From assembly GCA_036251765.1 (NCBI GenBank), contig JAZANL010000021.1, positions 1-51,295 of the forward strand: a stretch of DNA of 51,295 bases. Reading direction: 5' to 3'. The notes under the pieces were generated by a model. That model was not told where the DNA came from. It did not search any database and saw only the letters and a program-made list of their open reading frames with translations. Both the position numbers and the translations under genes were made by a program. Shown here in pieces: positions 29,205-38,764 of this stretch (position 1 is the stretch's first letter; every line of letters begins with the position of its first letter). The DNA comes from Thermoplasmatota archaeon. GTDB taxonomy: Archaea > Thermoplasmatota > Poseidoniia > Poseidoniales > Thalassarchaeaceae.

Positions 29205-29792
29205 ATGCATGACGGAATCATGGTTACTGGATTTGAGCCGTTTTCAATTTTCAAGAGAAACATTTCACAGCAGGTGGTAGAGTTAATTTCTTCAGAAGGT
29301 GTTTTTGATTTCAATGTCAGGACTTCAATACTATCCGTTGACGAAACCGGCTCTAGGAAAATATCCGATCAGATTGAAGGTGGTGAGAAAATCGGTGCAG
29401 TTCTGCACCTCGGTTTCTCAGAAAATGCTAATGAAATATTGCTTGAGAGATTCGCTAAAAACCGTTTCCAAATGAGAATCGCAGACAACTCTGGGAGGAA
29501 GATAACTTCTGGTAGGATTTCCTTGGGAAAACCAATTCTCGAAACAAGAGTTCCAAGAAACCTAATCGAAAAAAATCTAACGGGGATTTCAAAGATCAGG
29601 TGGAACGAAGACGCTGGTGGTTTTGTATGCAACGAGACATACTTCCGATCACTACTGGCCTCTGAAGAAAGACCACTCCCAGTCGTACTTTTCATTCATC
29701 TTCCGAGCGAGAATATCATCCCTCTTGAAGAACAATTTGCAATTATCTCGCTGATATGCGAATCCTTGAACAAAACACTCATTTCGGACTAA
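29205..29792 (+). CDS. pcp: Pyroglutamyl-peptidase I (peptidase C15)
   Basis: VTGFEPF, LHLG, LERFAKN (Glu), DAGGFVCN (Cys), FIHLP (His). Confidence 0.9.
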   Translation: MHDGIMVTGFEPFSIFKRNISQQVVELISSEGVFDFNVRTSILSVDETGSRKISDQIEGGEKIGAVLHLGFSENANEILLERFAKNRFQMRIADNSGRKITSGRISLGKPILETRVPRNLIEKNLTGISKIRWNEDAGGFVCNETYFRSLLASEERPLPVVLFIHLPSENIIPLEEQFAIISLICESLNKTLISD

Positions 29793-30292
29793 CTTCTCTT
29801 TCCCTTTCTCGATTCGAACCATTCTGTAGCTTCTCCAGTTTCGGACATCGCTAACTCGTCGCCTACCTCCCTTGGGACGATGTCCCTTCCATTGTGCCAA
29901 GTAGCCTGCTCCAGCCAGAGGATGATTTCACTTCCATTAAGAGAAATTTCCATAGTACCGCCAAGGGGGCTTTCTTCTAAAACAAAGGAGACCTTGCCAA
30001 TCGAAGCAGATTGCCTGGAGAGGCTGAAAAAGGTCCCTTCTTCGTCAGCATTCATTGCCATTGCGTCGAGCGCAGTATCGAGAACCCTGCTCTCCCTCAA
30101 AATCGACATAAGATTATCTAGGGATTTCGCACTCCCACTAATTCGGACAGAATCTCTCTCTACCGGGAAATGTGATTGTTTCGGCTTATTTTCCGGAATC
30201 CACTCTGGAAAAATTGAACGAACCGACTCGACAACTTTGTCTGGATCGTCATGACTTCTGACCACCGTAGAAACTAAGATCTCTGGTTCCAC
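29789..30292 (-). CDS. UPF0201/DUF54 family putative RNA-binding protein
   Basis: DPDKVVESVRSIFP, RESRVLDTA, LSRQSASIGKVSF and PLGG patterns of this archaeal family. Confidence 0.75.
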   Translation of the reverse strand: MEPEILVSTVVRSHDDPDKVVESVRSIFPEWIPENKPKQSHFPVERDSVRISGSAKSLDNLMSILRESRVLDTALDAMAMNADEEGTFFSLSRQSASIGKVSFVLEESPLGGTMEISLNGSEIILWLEQATWHNGRDIVPREVGDELAMSETGEATEWFESRKGKRS

Positions 30293-30382
30293 ATCGCTTC
30301 CAACAAATGGGAACTAATAGTGCTAACCTGTAAGCAATCGGTTTGCACGAAAATTCAAACCACTAACAATCGACGATTAGAT

Positions 30383-31123
30383 GTGACACAGCGTTCTGGG
30401 ATGATTTCATTAGCCCTTGTTTTGATCCCCAATCTATTGCTATTTTCTTTCAGAATCCTTTCTCCCGAACTTCATGAAGCCCTATCAAATGACAATCTAG
30501 AACAAACATTAGCCCATTCAATAGCACTGGTTATTGGTCTTATTATGGCATATCGATATTCTGTAGTCCATGATCACGAATTTCGCCGCTCCAAGGCAAT
30601 CAGCGCCCTATCTAAGACTTACAGATTGGAGGATAGAGGGCTCTGGGATAAGGGCGAAGTAGCGATTCAGAAATTAGAAGCTAGAGCATATTCCGATTTC
30701 AAAGGTAGAAAGGCCAACGTTTCTAGGAGGAGGATGCAGGGCAATATCGGCGAAATAAACAGAGAATATCCGGAATTAGAACAAAGGCCTGATGATCATT
30801 CAGAGTTCACAGTCACAGTAGATGGAATCGAGCAAAAAAAGGAAACTATCGAAGAACCACCAAAAGAAAAACTCACCCCTTTCTCACGAATTTCTGAGTT
30901 CTTTTCAAATTCGATAGAAAGAACCGCGAGCAGAAGGAACGAAAGAAGGAAGAAAGAAGAACTCAAGAAAAGAGAGTCTCTACAGCATTACGAGGAAGAT
31001 TCGGAATCTAGATGGCAAATTCCGCAAGGGACTCAGATGAAAGCTAAGTTATGCCAGAGTTGTTCAACATACAATGAAGCAGAATCAAATTATTGCTCAT
31101 CCTGCGGGTCATTAATCTCCTGA
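30383..31123 (+). CDS. Membrane protein with two N-terminal TMs, charged linker and C-terminal zinc ribbon
   Basis: Two hydrophobic helices; C-terminal CQSC-x10-CSSCG. Start GTG 30383 or ATG 30401. Confidence 0.75.
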   Translation: MTQRSGMISLALVLIPNLLLFSFRILSPELHEALSNDNLEQTLAHSIALVIGLIMAYRYSVVHDHEFRRSKAISALSKTYRLEDRGLWDKGEVAIQKLEARAYSDFKGRKANVSRRRMQGNIGEINREYPELEQRPDDHSEFTVTVDGIEQKKETIEEPPKEKLTPFSRISEFFSNSIERTASRRNERRKKEELKKRESLQHYEEDSESRWQIPQGTQMKAKLCQSCSTYNEAESNYCSSCGSLIS

Positions 31124-31172
31124 TTGGGGAACGGTTGATATGACTCCTTCAGGAGCCTAAGCCGGGAACGTT

Positions 31173-32315
31173 ATGGCCAGTAAGCGAGACTATTACGAGA
31201 TTCTCGGAGTTGACAATGACGCCTCAGAGGACCAAATAAAACAGTCTTTCCGATCCCTTGCACGAAAGTATCACCCAGACAAGAATCCAAACGATGCAGA
31301 AGCAGAGACAAAATTCAAGGAAATTCAAGAGGCATATGCAATCCTATCTAACCCGGAAGAAAGGAGGAAGTACGATGTCTTTGGTCATGAAAGACCCGGT
31401 GGCTCCCCATTTGGCTCTAGAGGTTTCCAAGGGGTAGACATTAGTTTTGACGATCTATTCGGAGGAGGATTCGAGTCGATCTTCAGCCAGTTTTTCGGTG
31501 GACAACAAAGTGATAGGACACGAGGTTCAGATTTATTGGTTAGACACACGGTTCCTTTTCAGGCTTCAATGGACGGCATGGACGATGAAATAGAAATTGA
31601 GGCTCTGAAAGGCTGTGATACCTGCCATGGCTCCGGTTCCTCCAAGGATGGGGGGTCGCGCCAATGTCCTTCATGCGACGGCCGAGGGAGGATAGATGAG
31701 ATCTCTATGATCGGCCCATTCCGACAACGAGTGAGGAAGGATTGCGCCTCATGCAGGGGTTCGGGAAGATTGATTTCCGACCCATGTCATGACTGCGATG
31801 GCGATGGGAGGGCCATACAAACGAATCGTGTCAAGTTCTCAATAATGCCTGGAATAGCTTCTGGAAACCGACTTAGGATGCGTGGACAAGGGGAAGCTTC
31901 GACATCACTCAATGGAAGTCCCGGAGACTTATACATAGAAATTGATGTCGAACCACATCCATGGTTCGAAAGAGACGGTGCGGATCTGCTAATGGCTCTG
32001 CCACTAAACTTCGCCGACCTGACTCTTGGGGCAACTATCGAGATTCCACATATAGACTCCGATGATCTTAGGATTGCAATTCCCCCTGGTTCCAATCCAG
32101 GAGAAACAATTTCCATTCCTGGCAGGGGTTTGCCATACAATAATCAAGGATCGAGAAGAGGCTCAGTAACCGTTGTACTCAGACTTCTTTCACCAACTAA
32201 GCCGTCTAAAAAGCTGAAGAAGAAAATCGACGAAATTAGGATGGAGTTGGAGGATGCTATCCCATCCATAGAGGATAGGATCCGGGACGAAGCAAGATCT
32301 AGAAGAGGACGCTGA
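31173..32315 (+). CDS. dnaJ: Chaperone DnaJ (type I)
   Basis: DYYEILGV, HPD, G/F-rich linker, four CxxCxGxG motifs, GDLYI and FERDGADL. Confidence 0.95.
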   Translation: MASKRDYYEILGVDNDASEDQIKQSFRSLARKYHPDKNPNDAEAETKFKEIQEAYAILSNPEERRKYDVFGHERPGGSPFGSRGFQGVDISFDDLFGGGFESIFSQFFGGQQSDRTRGSDLLVRHTVPFQASMDGMDDEIEIEALKGCDTCHGSGSSKDGGSRQCPSCDGRGRIDEISMIGPFRQRVRKDCASCRGSGRLISDPCHDCDGDGRAIQTNRVKFSIMPGIASGNRLRMRGQGEASTSLNGSPGDLYIEIDVEPHPWFERDGADLLMALPLNFADLTLGATIEIPHIDSDDLRIAIPPGSNPGETISIPGRGLPYNNQGSRRGSVTVVLRLLSPTKPSKKLKKKIDEIRMELEDAIPSIEDRIRDEARSRRGR

Positions 32316-32318
32316 TCC

Positions 32319-33416
32319 TCACTCTTCTCCCATTTCTATCAGATTGGTTGGGACTGCTGCTACTGGTTTTCCATCTACTAATCCCGAAATCTGCATATTG
32401 ACTGCCGGAGGATTTCCCATAGTATCTATTTGCACGAATGTAGTAGTCCCTTCCTCCAAATCACCCAAGAAAACTTCATCATCTTGAAAAATCATCTCTG
32501 GAACAACTCTCTGTATTGTAGAAACCTGACCTAGCGGGGAGAAGATTCTGATAGCAGCCATTTCCCAGCTAAATGACTTAGTCCTTACTCCAACAAGAAG
32601 TGAATTACTAGAATCCTCAAATCTCCAGGCGCATATGTCGATATTTTCAGTAAAATGCCTTATTTCCGGAACTCCCAGTTCTTCCGTAACAGAATTCCAT
32701 GACCCCTCTCCTAGAACGGAGAGGGCCGAAGCAACTTCTCCGCCTTTTGAAAGGTCTTTTTTGGTGAACCTATCTCTCAGGGTATTCAATACGTGCTTCT
32801 CAGTCTCTTCTATGCCCTCCTTCTTAGAAGGTAATAAATCACCCCTATTCCACCATAAAACGACTATCAAGGGGAAAATTAGGAACAGCCCAGCAATTAC
32901 ATAGAACGGCGTAAACATCCATGCCAGATTTACAAATTCTGACTCGTCATCGAAAGAACCTCGATTTTCCAGAGTAAATCGATATTCCACCTCATCTTCG
33001 AATTCACCGTTTCTCTCTAGTCTGATCGCATGAGTCCCAGGATCGAGGCCCAACTCGCCGTCGGACCCATCTGCAAACTCTTCAATCGTCCAAGTGGTTT
33101 GATTTAGTCTCTGTACAGTAATTCTTACTGATTCGTTATCGGAGACCCAGAATCCCACCATTGTCCAATTTGTTGAAGTTATTTGCAGCGCAAACACATC
33201 GACCGAATCATTCAACGAGAAGGCACCTACGGTGGTGGTATTGTTCGGCGAGATTATCTGCCACTGTTCGTTAAATCCAGTAGAATCCCACAATTTCCCA
33301 GGCGCATCACCTGACTCCTCTACTACCGATTTCTGATGATTTTCCCCAGCACAAGAAAACGAGAAAATTGAGACCAAAATTAGCGTAGTAATGGCCAGGC
33401 TGACTCCTCGCATCAT
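32319..33416 (-). CDS. Single-pass membrane protein with extracellular beta-sandwich (PPC-like) and cytoplasmic domain
   Basis: Signal peptide, GAFSLNDSVDVFAL (PPC-like pattern), central TM FYVIAGLFLIFPLIVVLWW, ~175-aa C-terminal domain. Confidence 0.7.
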   Translation of the reverse strand: MMRGVSLAITTLILVSIFSFSCAGENHQKSVVEESGDAPGKLWDSTGFNEQWQIISPNNTTTVGAFSLNDSVDVFALQITSTNWTMVGFWVSDNESVRITVQRLNQTTWTIEEFADGSDGELGLDPGTHAIRLERNGEFEDEVEYRFTLENRGSFDDESEFVNLAWMFTPFYVIAGLFLIFPLIVVLWWNRGDLLPSKKEGIEETEKHVLNTLRDRFTKKDLSKGGEVASALSVLGEGSWNSVTEELGVPEIRHFTENIDICAWRFEDSSNSLLVGVRTKSFSWEMAAIRIFSPLGQVSTIQRVVPEMIFQDDEVFLGDLEEGTTTFVQIDTMGNPPAVNMQISGLVDGKPVAAVPTNLIEMGEE

Positions 33417-33474
33417 GCTTGGCAAGACTACTGGGTTTAGAATCCTTCAAGCGAAATGCTTCCATGGGCAGACA

Positions 33475-35256
33475 ATGAGTGAGCGGCCAATAGGTAGGAG
33501 CGTAATCTCCAGAGATAGGTTCTCCAGGCTATTTTCTCTCGGGGACCGAAATGACCCTTCTTCATTTGCTCCGGGATTAATTATTTGCGATGATGACCCT
33601 GATTTCCCTGTTTCAATTGCTCCATTTTATTCTACCATGGATAACTCCTCTATTCCATCAAAGATGAAGGTGTCAACTCGGGCTAATCTCTGTTTCCCAT
33701 TTGACTCTCTAGACACTTGGGAATCTACCCAGGGATTGGTACTCCCGCCCAGCCTAGTAGAATCAAATTCAGGAGAGTTTGGTTCAGGAATCGAGTTAGT
33801 CCCCGTAACTTGGAACTCATTGCACCACGACCCTTCACTTCTCACAACCGGGCTACAACCATCGGTAATAGTTTTGACAGACTCGCCCCAATTGTCAAAC
33901 AGCCCAGGTTTGTTAGAAAAGGCCCTATTGACTATCAGGTCCAATTTCCCGTCTTCTCTAATCTGGACCCCAGGAATCGGCGGTCCCGATAATTGTGCCT
34001 TACTTTCTTGGATGGGGGTGGACATTTTCGACCTGGCTCGTTCCAGACAATCCTCGTCCCTCGGTGTAATACTTTCTGAAACAGGCCCCAGGATTCCTGA
34101 GCAATCAACAAATGAAGACTCATCAATGGAGTCTCAGAAGGAGATGTGGATTCGTGCAATTTCGGCAACAAGATCCGCAATCAGGGACGGAACTCTAAGG
34201 GATCTAGCCGAGAGGCAGAGTACATCCAGCCCCCGTTCTGTAGAACACCTCCGGAGACACGATCAACTCTCATTCGAGTTGTCCAAAGAAATCGGTTTGA
34301 CAAAAAGCTCAGTAGATTCCGGAAAAAAACTCCACTGCCATTCATTCGAGAGTAGGAACGATGTCACCATCAGGAAGTGGAGAGAAGACATTTCAGAGAA
34401 ATATGAGCCTCCCTCAAGACAACGGGATGTGCTCGTTCTACTTCCTTGCTCAGCAAAGAAGCCATACAGACTCTCTCAAAGCCATTCACGATTCCGTCGT
34501 GCAATTGGGAATTCACGTGCTCATGAGGTAATGGTAACGGCACCTTTGGGATTAGTTCCAAGAGAATTGGAAGATTTGTGGCCTGCTGCACACTACGACA
34601 TCCCTGTGACTGGGGACTGGGACCGGGACGAATTGTCGATAATAAGGAAAATGCTGGGTAGACTCGTAGAAAGGGTTGACTACTCCACAATCGTGAATCA
34701 CTCCGGAATCGACATCCTTCTAGAAGATAGAGTCGTAATTGATTCGCGGGCCGGTGGGAGCGCGGGTTCTAGCGAATCTCTGGGAAGGCTACGGGATGCA
34801 ATCGCTTCTTCATTCCCGGAAGGCGAAGGCGAGGAGATCGATTTCAGTGTTAGGCAGGAGAAGATGAAATCAATTTCCCGATTCCAGTTTGGCTCTGACG
34901 AATGGCTTGATGGCTGCCAGATTAGAGGAAGACCTCCAATTTTCACGGTCACAAAGGATGGCGTTCAAATGGCAAAATGGGACCCTCGCAGGGGGAGATT
35001 CTTGCTTTCCAAGGCAAGCCTTGAAACTATGAGGGAGCTAAACCTCCTAAAGTCGGTGGAAATCCATCCTGGATTAGACTGGGTTGGGGACCTATTCCCA
35101 AGCATGATTGCTCATCATGACGCTTCAATATTGGCTGGAGACGAGATTCTGGTGTTGCAGGAAGGGAAGCTATTGGGCTCTGCAAGATCAATCGCCCCGG
35201 GATGGGAATGGCCCCTAGGTCCCGGTAAACTGGCAAAATCGAGACACCGACTCTGA
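33475..35256 (+). CDS. arcS: Archaeosine synthase ArcS-like (degenerate TGT barrel + DUF5591 + PUA)
   Basis: LSWMGVDIFD, AIRDGTLRDLAE, LLPCSAKKPYRLSQSH, PLGLVPRELE, YDIPVTGDW, C-terminal PUA-like ILAGDEILV. Confidence 0.85.
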   Translation: MSERPIGRSVISRDRFSRLFSLGDRNDPSSFAPGLIICDDDPDFPVSIAPFYSTMDNSSIPSKMKVSTRANLCFPFDSLDTWESTQGLVLPPSLVESNSGEFGSGIELVPVTWNSLHHDPSLLTTGLQPSVIVLTDSPQLSNSPGLLEKALLTIRSNFPSSLIWTPGIGGPDNCALLSWMGVDIFDLARSRQSSSLGVILSETGPRIPEQSTNEDSSMESQKEMWIRAISATRSAIRDGTLRDLAERQSTSSPRSVEHLRRHDQLSFELSKEIGLTKSSVDSGKKLHCHSFESRNDVTIRKWREDISEKYEPPSRQRDVLVLLPCSAKKPYRLSQSHSRFRRAIGNSRAHEVMVTAPLGLVPRELEDLWPAAHYDIPVTGDWDRDELSIIRKMLGRLVERVDYSTIVNHSGIDILLEDRVVIDSRAGGSAGSSESLGRLRDAIASSFPEGEGEEIDFSVRQEKMKSISRFQFGSDEWLDGCQIRGRPPIFTVTKDGVQMAKWDPRRGRFLLSKASLETMRELNLLKSVEIHPGLDWVGDLFPSMIAHHDASILAGDEILVLQEGKLLGSARSIAPGWEWPLGPGKLAKSRHRL

Positions 35257-35319
35257 TTGTTTGTATGCAATTGGAATGGCGTAGCGGTTAAAGAGGGAGA
35301 GCAGGTCGCCCGGCTGCAC

Positions 35320-35324
35320 GAGGT
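35320..35324 (+). promoter_or_regulatory. Shine-Dalgarno GAGGT before the TTG start of rps15
   Basis: GAGGT-ATACAT-TTG; a GGTTAAAG element lies at 35286-35293. Confidence 0.6.
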
Positions 35325-35330
35325 ATACAT

Positions 35331-35786
35331 TTGTCAAGGATGCACAGTAAAGGCAAGGGTTCTAGCGGCTCTACAAAGCCCCATTCAAATGCCCCACCCG
35401 AATGGTCAAATTCTGATAAGAAAGAGATTGAGGAATTAATCGTACAGCTTTCAGATGAAGGACATACAAACGCCTCTATTGGGACGGTGCTAAGGGACAA
35501 ACACGGAGTTCCAGACGTCAGGCTTGTCACTGGTGAGAGGATATCTCAGACATTGAATAGGCTAGGAAAGTCTGCTGGACTACCCGAGGATCTAATGAGC
35601 CTAATGAGGCGGGCCCTTCGATTGATAGATCACCTTTCTCAGAATTCCAAAGACATTCACAACAGGAGGCAACTGGAACTGTGCGAGTCAAAGATTAGGA
35701 GACTCTCTAGATATTACAAAGAAAACAACCAGATTGACTCTGATTGGACATACAAGAGAGACCAACTAAGGCTGATGGTCGAATAA
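35331..35786 (+). CDS. rps15: 30S ribosomal protein uS15 (archaeal S15P/S13e)
   Basis: SRMHSKGKGSSGS, IGTVLRDKHG, LPEDL, ESKIRRLSRYYK; TTG start. Confidence 0.96.
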   Translation: MSRMHSKGKGSSGSTKPHSNAPPEWSNSDKKEIEELIVQLSDEGHTNASIGTVLRDKHGVPDVRLVTGERISQTLNRLGKSAGLPEDLMSLMRRALRLIDHLSQNSKDIHNRRQLELCESKIRRLSRYYKENNQIDSDWTYKRDQLRLMVE

Positions 35787-35823
35787 TCAGTAGTGATTTG
35801 TACTCGTCTCCAATGGAGGAAGG

Positions 35824-36717
35824 GTGGAACCACTAGTCGACAAGGATATTTTCTCCCCTGTTCGGGACTCAATCCAAATTTTTGCAAATGATATTATTCG
35901 CAGAAGAAGTCCGATTTTACTAATCTCGAAACCAGATCTCGAAGGATCTCTTTCCTTAGCACCACTCGAAGCAGCCCTTCTAGATGCAAGAGTTCCATAC
36001 AAGCGTAGATTTACAAATTCTGAACCCGATTTCGAACCATTCATCCAAATTACTAACAATTCGGTAACCAAAAAATCAGGACTCTCGGGTTTGTCAGTTT
36101 CTACAGTGATTGTCGACGGTTTAAGGGGGAGTTCGGGTGATCTGCGAAAGGGTCCACTTAGTGCCGTTGCACAGTCACACTTACTCGCTATGGCGATAAA
36201 TCCTCATAGCCACCGACTTAGAAGAATGCGACCGTGGATACTGTCTGGAAATTGGATTAACGAAGCATTGGACACAACATATGATCCAGTTTTTTCCTCC
36301 CTTAGGGATCATCTCTCTGCGGAGGGTTCAATCAGGGTAATCCCTGTGACAGAGGTTCCAAATGTCCATTTCAATAACTATCCATGGCTAGAGAGAAGCG
36401 AGTTAGAGGAAGCCAACAGTAAGTGGGGAAACTCGGAGTTAGAAAATCGTGAAAGAATTATGGAAAAACTGGTTAGACCGATCCTCAATCGTAACTCACC
36501 TTCAACAGCAAGAACAGAGGAATTGCTTTGGCACTGCGTAATCGGTCCTGGCTGGGCTTCCGATATTGCGTCTCAAATAAGTGTGGCCCAGTATCTTTGG
36601 GAAAGCAAGCCTCCCATCGAAGCTGCATCGATAGTTGCAGACTCTCTTGTCTCTTCGGGAGAGATAGGATTACTCGATTCTGAGCGTGCTGCTGCATCCG
36701 ACGCATTCAATCCTTAG
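35824..36717 (+). CDS. Degenerate DHH/RecJ-like phosphoesterase homologue
   Basis: Sits directly after rps15, where archaea commonly encode a DHH protein. ILLISKPDLEG resembles DHH motif I (HxDxDG), but no DHH motif is visible. GGAGG SD before GTG. Confidence 0.55.
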   Translation: MEPLVDKDIFSPVRDSIQIFANDIIRRRSPILLISKPDLEGSLSLAPLEAALLDARVPYKRRFTNSEPDFEPFIQITNNSVTKKSGLSGLSVSTVIVDGLRGSSGDLRKGPLSAVAQSHLLAMAINPHSHRLRRMRPWILSGNWINEALDTTYDPVFSSLRDHLSAEGSIRVIPVTEVPNVHFNNYPWLERSELEEANSKWGNSELENRERIMEKLVRPILNRNSPSTARTEELLWHCVIGPGWASDIASQISVAQYLWESKPPIEAASIVADSLVSSGEIGLLDSERAAASDAFNP

Positions 36718-38694
36718 CGGCCTTATGTCTGACTCAACTGCATTCCTTTTCCCGCATGAAGGACACTTTACTCTCCCACCCCTCTTCGCATTTCTCTGAC
36801 TATCGCCATCTTCAATCACCGGCGAAATGACAGCAGCAGGGAAAACCAGCAAAACACTTGAACCGACTACTCCCAGAACAATTGGCATTGGAAGTCCAAA
36901 CCAATAGATGGAGAGTGAAAGAACCCCTAACACGCCAATCATGATCATGCTTGGTACTCTGCTTCTTCTTTTCGTTAGGGCCATCCCTATTCCCAGAGCC
37001 AAGCATAGAGCGAATACAGAGATCATTGCTGAAATCAGAGGGCTGAATAGTAGTGCATTTCTCGCTTCGAAATCAAGTCTAAAATCGGTATCGGACTCTA
37101 TACTGGATTCCTCCAAGGTTAGTATCTCCATGATAATCCATCTTCTATGAGTGTAATCGACATCTCCATTGTCCAGATTAACCCCATCGAAACCAGACAG
37201 CATTCCTGTCCGAATCTCAAAAGAAAGATCCACTTCTTCCCAGTAATCATATCCATCGTGCCTGATAAAATCCTCAATCAGAGTCTGTCTCGAATCCCTC
37301 TCTACAGGGTAACTAGATTCAACATATATCGAGATATCGTCAGAGTTGAATGCCCTAGATGGCCCCAGGTCTATACTCACGACCAGAGGTCCTGTGTGAT
37401 CTATCGGATCTAACCCGAAGAGCGATTCCGAGTCGATCTTTAAGCCGTCCGAAAGAAATGACTTCAGATTAGACCTTGCTCCCTTGAGGTGACTCTCCAG
37501 TACCGACAACTCTGAGTTGTCTACTCTGGCATTTGACTTCTCAGATGCGCTTACAGAATCTGAAAGTGTATTCAGGTTCCTCCACCAGCTTTTCGAACCT
37601 AGACTCTTATTCCCAATATTGTCGAGACCCCATCTCATCCACTGCGACATAGCGCCATCCAGGGTTATGGTCGTCTTCCTCTCTATGTTGTTGCCGTCAT
37701 ACTCGCAATTCACTTCAACCATTAGATCAGAACCGCCAGTCCGAGGTGGCTCCTCTTCCGGATACCAACTATTGTCGCCAGTGTCCTGGCCGAGAGTGAT
37801 TTCGTGAATCTTATCCGCCGTGATGACCAATGAATCCTGCAGCGAAATCTGGAAGTCAGTTCTTACTGTACCAACACTGGATCCGCTTGGCTCCCACACA
37901 AATGTTACATCTACCCAGTCCTCATTCGAGTTCACAATAGGACTTTCAGAAATCTCTACGTTCTGAACCATTAGACCTCCTGTGGAACCCGTCCAAATCT
38001 TGTCGCCGAATCCAGAAGTCAGCCTAATTGGAAAGAATACCAGGTCTCCTTTTACACTAGCCTCTCTAATTACCACGTTCACCAATGGGAATGAAATTGA
38101 TATTGCAGCATCAACATCCTTCTCACCCCAATGGAAAACTATTCCAGACTCGCTACCAGGATTGGAAAAAATCAGACTCCTAACCGAAAATGTAACCTCT
38201 ATTTTCTCGTTTTTTGAGATTTCACCATTTTGTACTTCCACATCAACTTGCAACTCTCCAGATTCAGAAAGATAGACTGCGGGCAATTGGGAGGAACTTT
38301 CGTATGTATTCCCACCTACCTTTACGACTACGGTTGCATTGGCCGAAACACCAGTAGAATCAGAAACTTCGTATGGAATTGAGAATGTCCATGTTCCGGA
38401 TGAGTAACTTCCAGCCTCTCCCCACTCGATCATCCATGAACCAATCTCAACCTCCCCTAGGAGTGACGAGGTAACTTCGACGGACTTCCTTTCCTCTAAG
38501 TCCGATTCGAAAGGAGTAAGCTGTCCGTTGTCCGGGTCCCCTATTAGGAATAGATCGAACTTGTCAGGGTCCTCGCAGCAGTTATTGCTCTCTCCAGCAT
38601 TGGCAGTAATAGGGGAAAAAATGACCACCACTAGCATCGATGAAAATATCGCTACTTGCCTTGCTCGGGAACGGTCCACGACGCTCTGATTCAT
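36670..38694 (-). CDS. Exported membrane protein: signal peptide, ~520-aa ectodomain, 3 C-terminal TMs, cytoplasmic zinc ribbon
   Basis: Signal peptide ending ANA; three hydrophobic helices; C-terminal CPSCG...ECVGC. Confidence 0.8.
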   Translation of the reverse strand: MNQSVVDRSRARQVAIFSSMLVVVIFSPITANAGESNNCCEDPDKFDLFLIGDPDNGQLTPFESDLEERKSVEVTSSLLGEVEIGSWMIEWGEAGSYSSGTWTFSIPYEVSDSTGVSANATVVVKVGGNTYESSSQLPAVYLSESGELQVDVEVQNGEISKNEKIEVTFSVRSLIFSNPGSESGIVFHWGEKDVDAAISISFPLVNVVIREASVKGDLVFFPIRLTSGFGDKIWTGSTGGLMVQNVEISESPIVNSNEDWVDVTFVWEPSGSSVGTVRTDFQISLQDSLVITADKIHEITLGQDTGDNSWYPEEEPPRTGGSDLMVEVNCEYDGNNIERKTTITLDGAMSQWMRWGLDNIGNKSLGSKSWWRNLNTLSDSVSASEKSNARVDNSELSVLESHLKGARSNLKSFLSDGLKIDSESLFGLDPIDHTGPLVVSIDLGPSRAFNSDDISIYVESSYPVERDSRQTLIEDFIRHDGYDYWEEVDLSFEIRTGMLSGFDGVNLDNGDVDYTHRRWIIMEILTLEESSIESDTDFRLDFEARNALLFSPLISAMISVFALCLALGIGMALTKRRSRVPSMIMIGVLGVLSLSIYWFGLPMPIVLGVVGSSVLLVFPAAVISPVIEDGDSQRNAKRGGRVKCPSCGKRNAVESDIRPLRIECVGCSSTLRIE

Positions 38695-38764
38695 ATCGTG
38701 CCCTTCAATGCGACGCAATTATTGGGCATAATGGTGCTCTTGTGGCCAATAATCCAAATCTCCA

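Noticed and set aside
29205-31123. Locally more AT-rich stretch (pcp to Zn-ribbon gene) as possible horizontal transfer
   Set aside because: Modest shift judged by eye, includes a core archaeal UPF0201 gene, and has no integrase, tRNA or flanking repeats.
35277-35320. TGGCGTAGCGGTTAAAG resembling a tRNA D-arm
   Set aside because: No T-loop (GTTCGA) or acceptor stem; better explained as the rps15 promoter.
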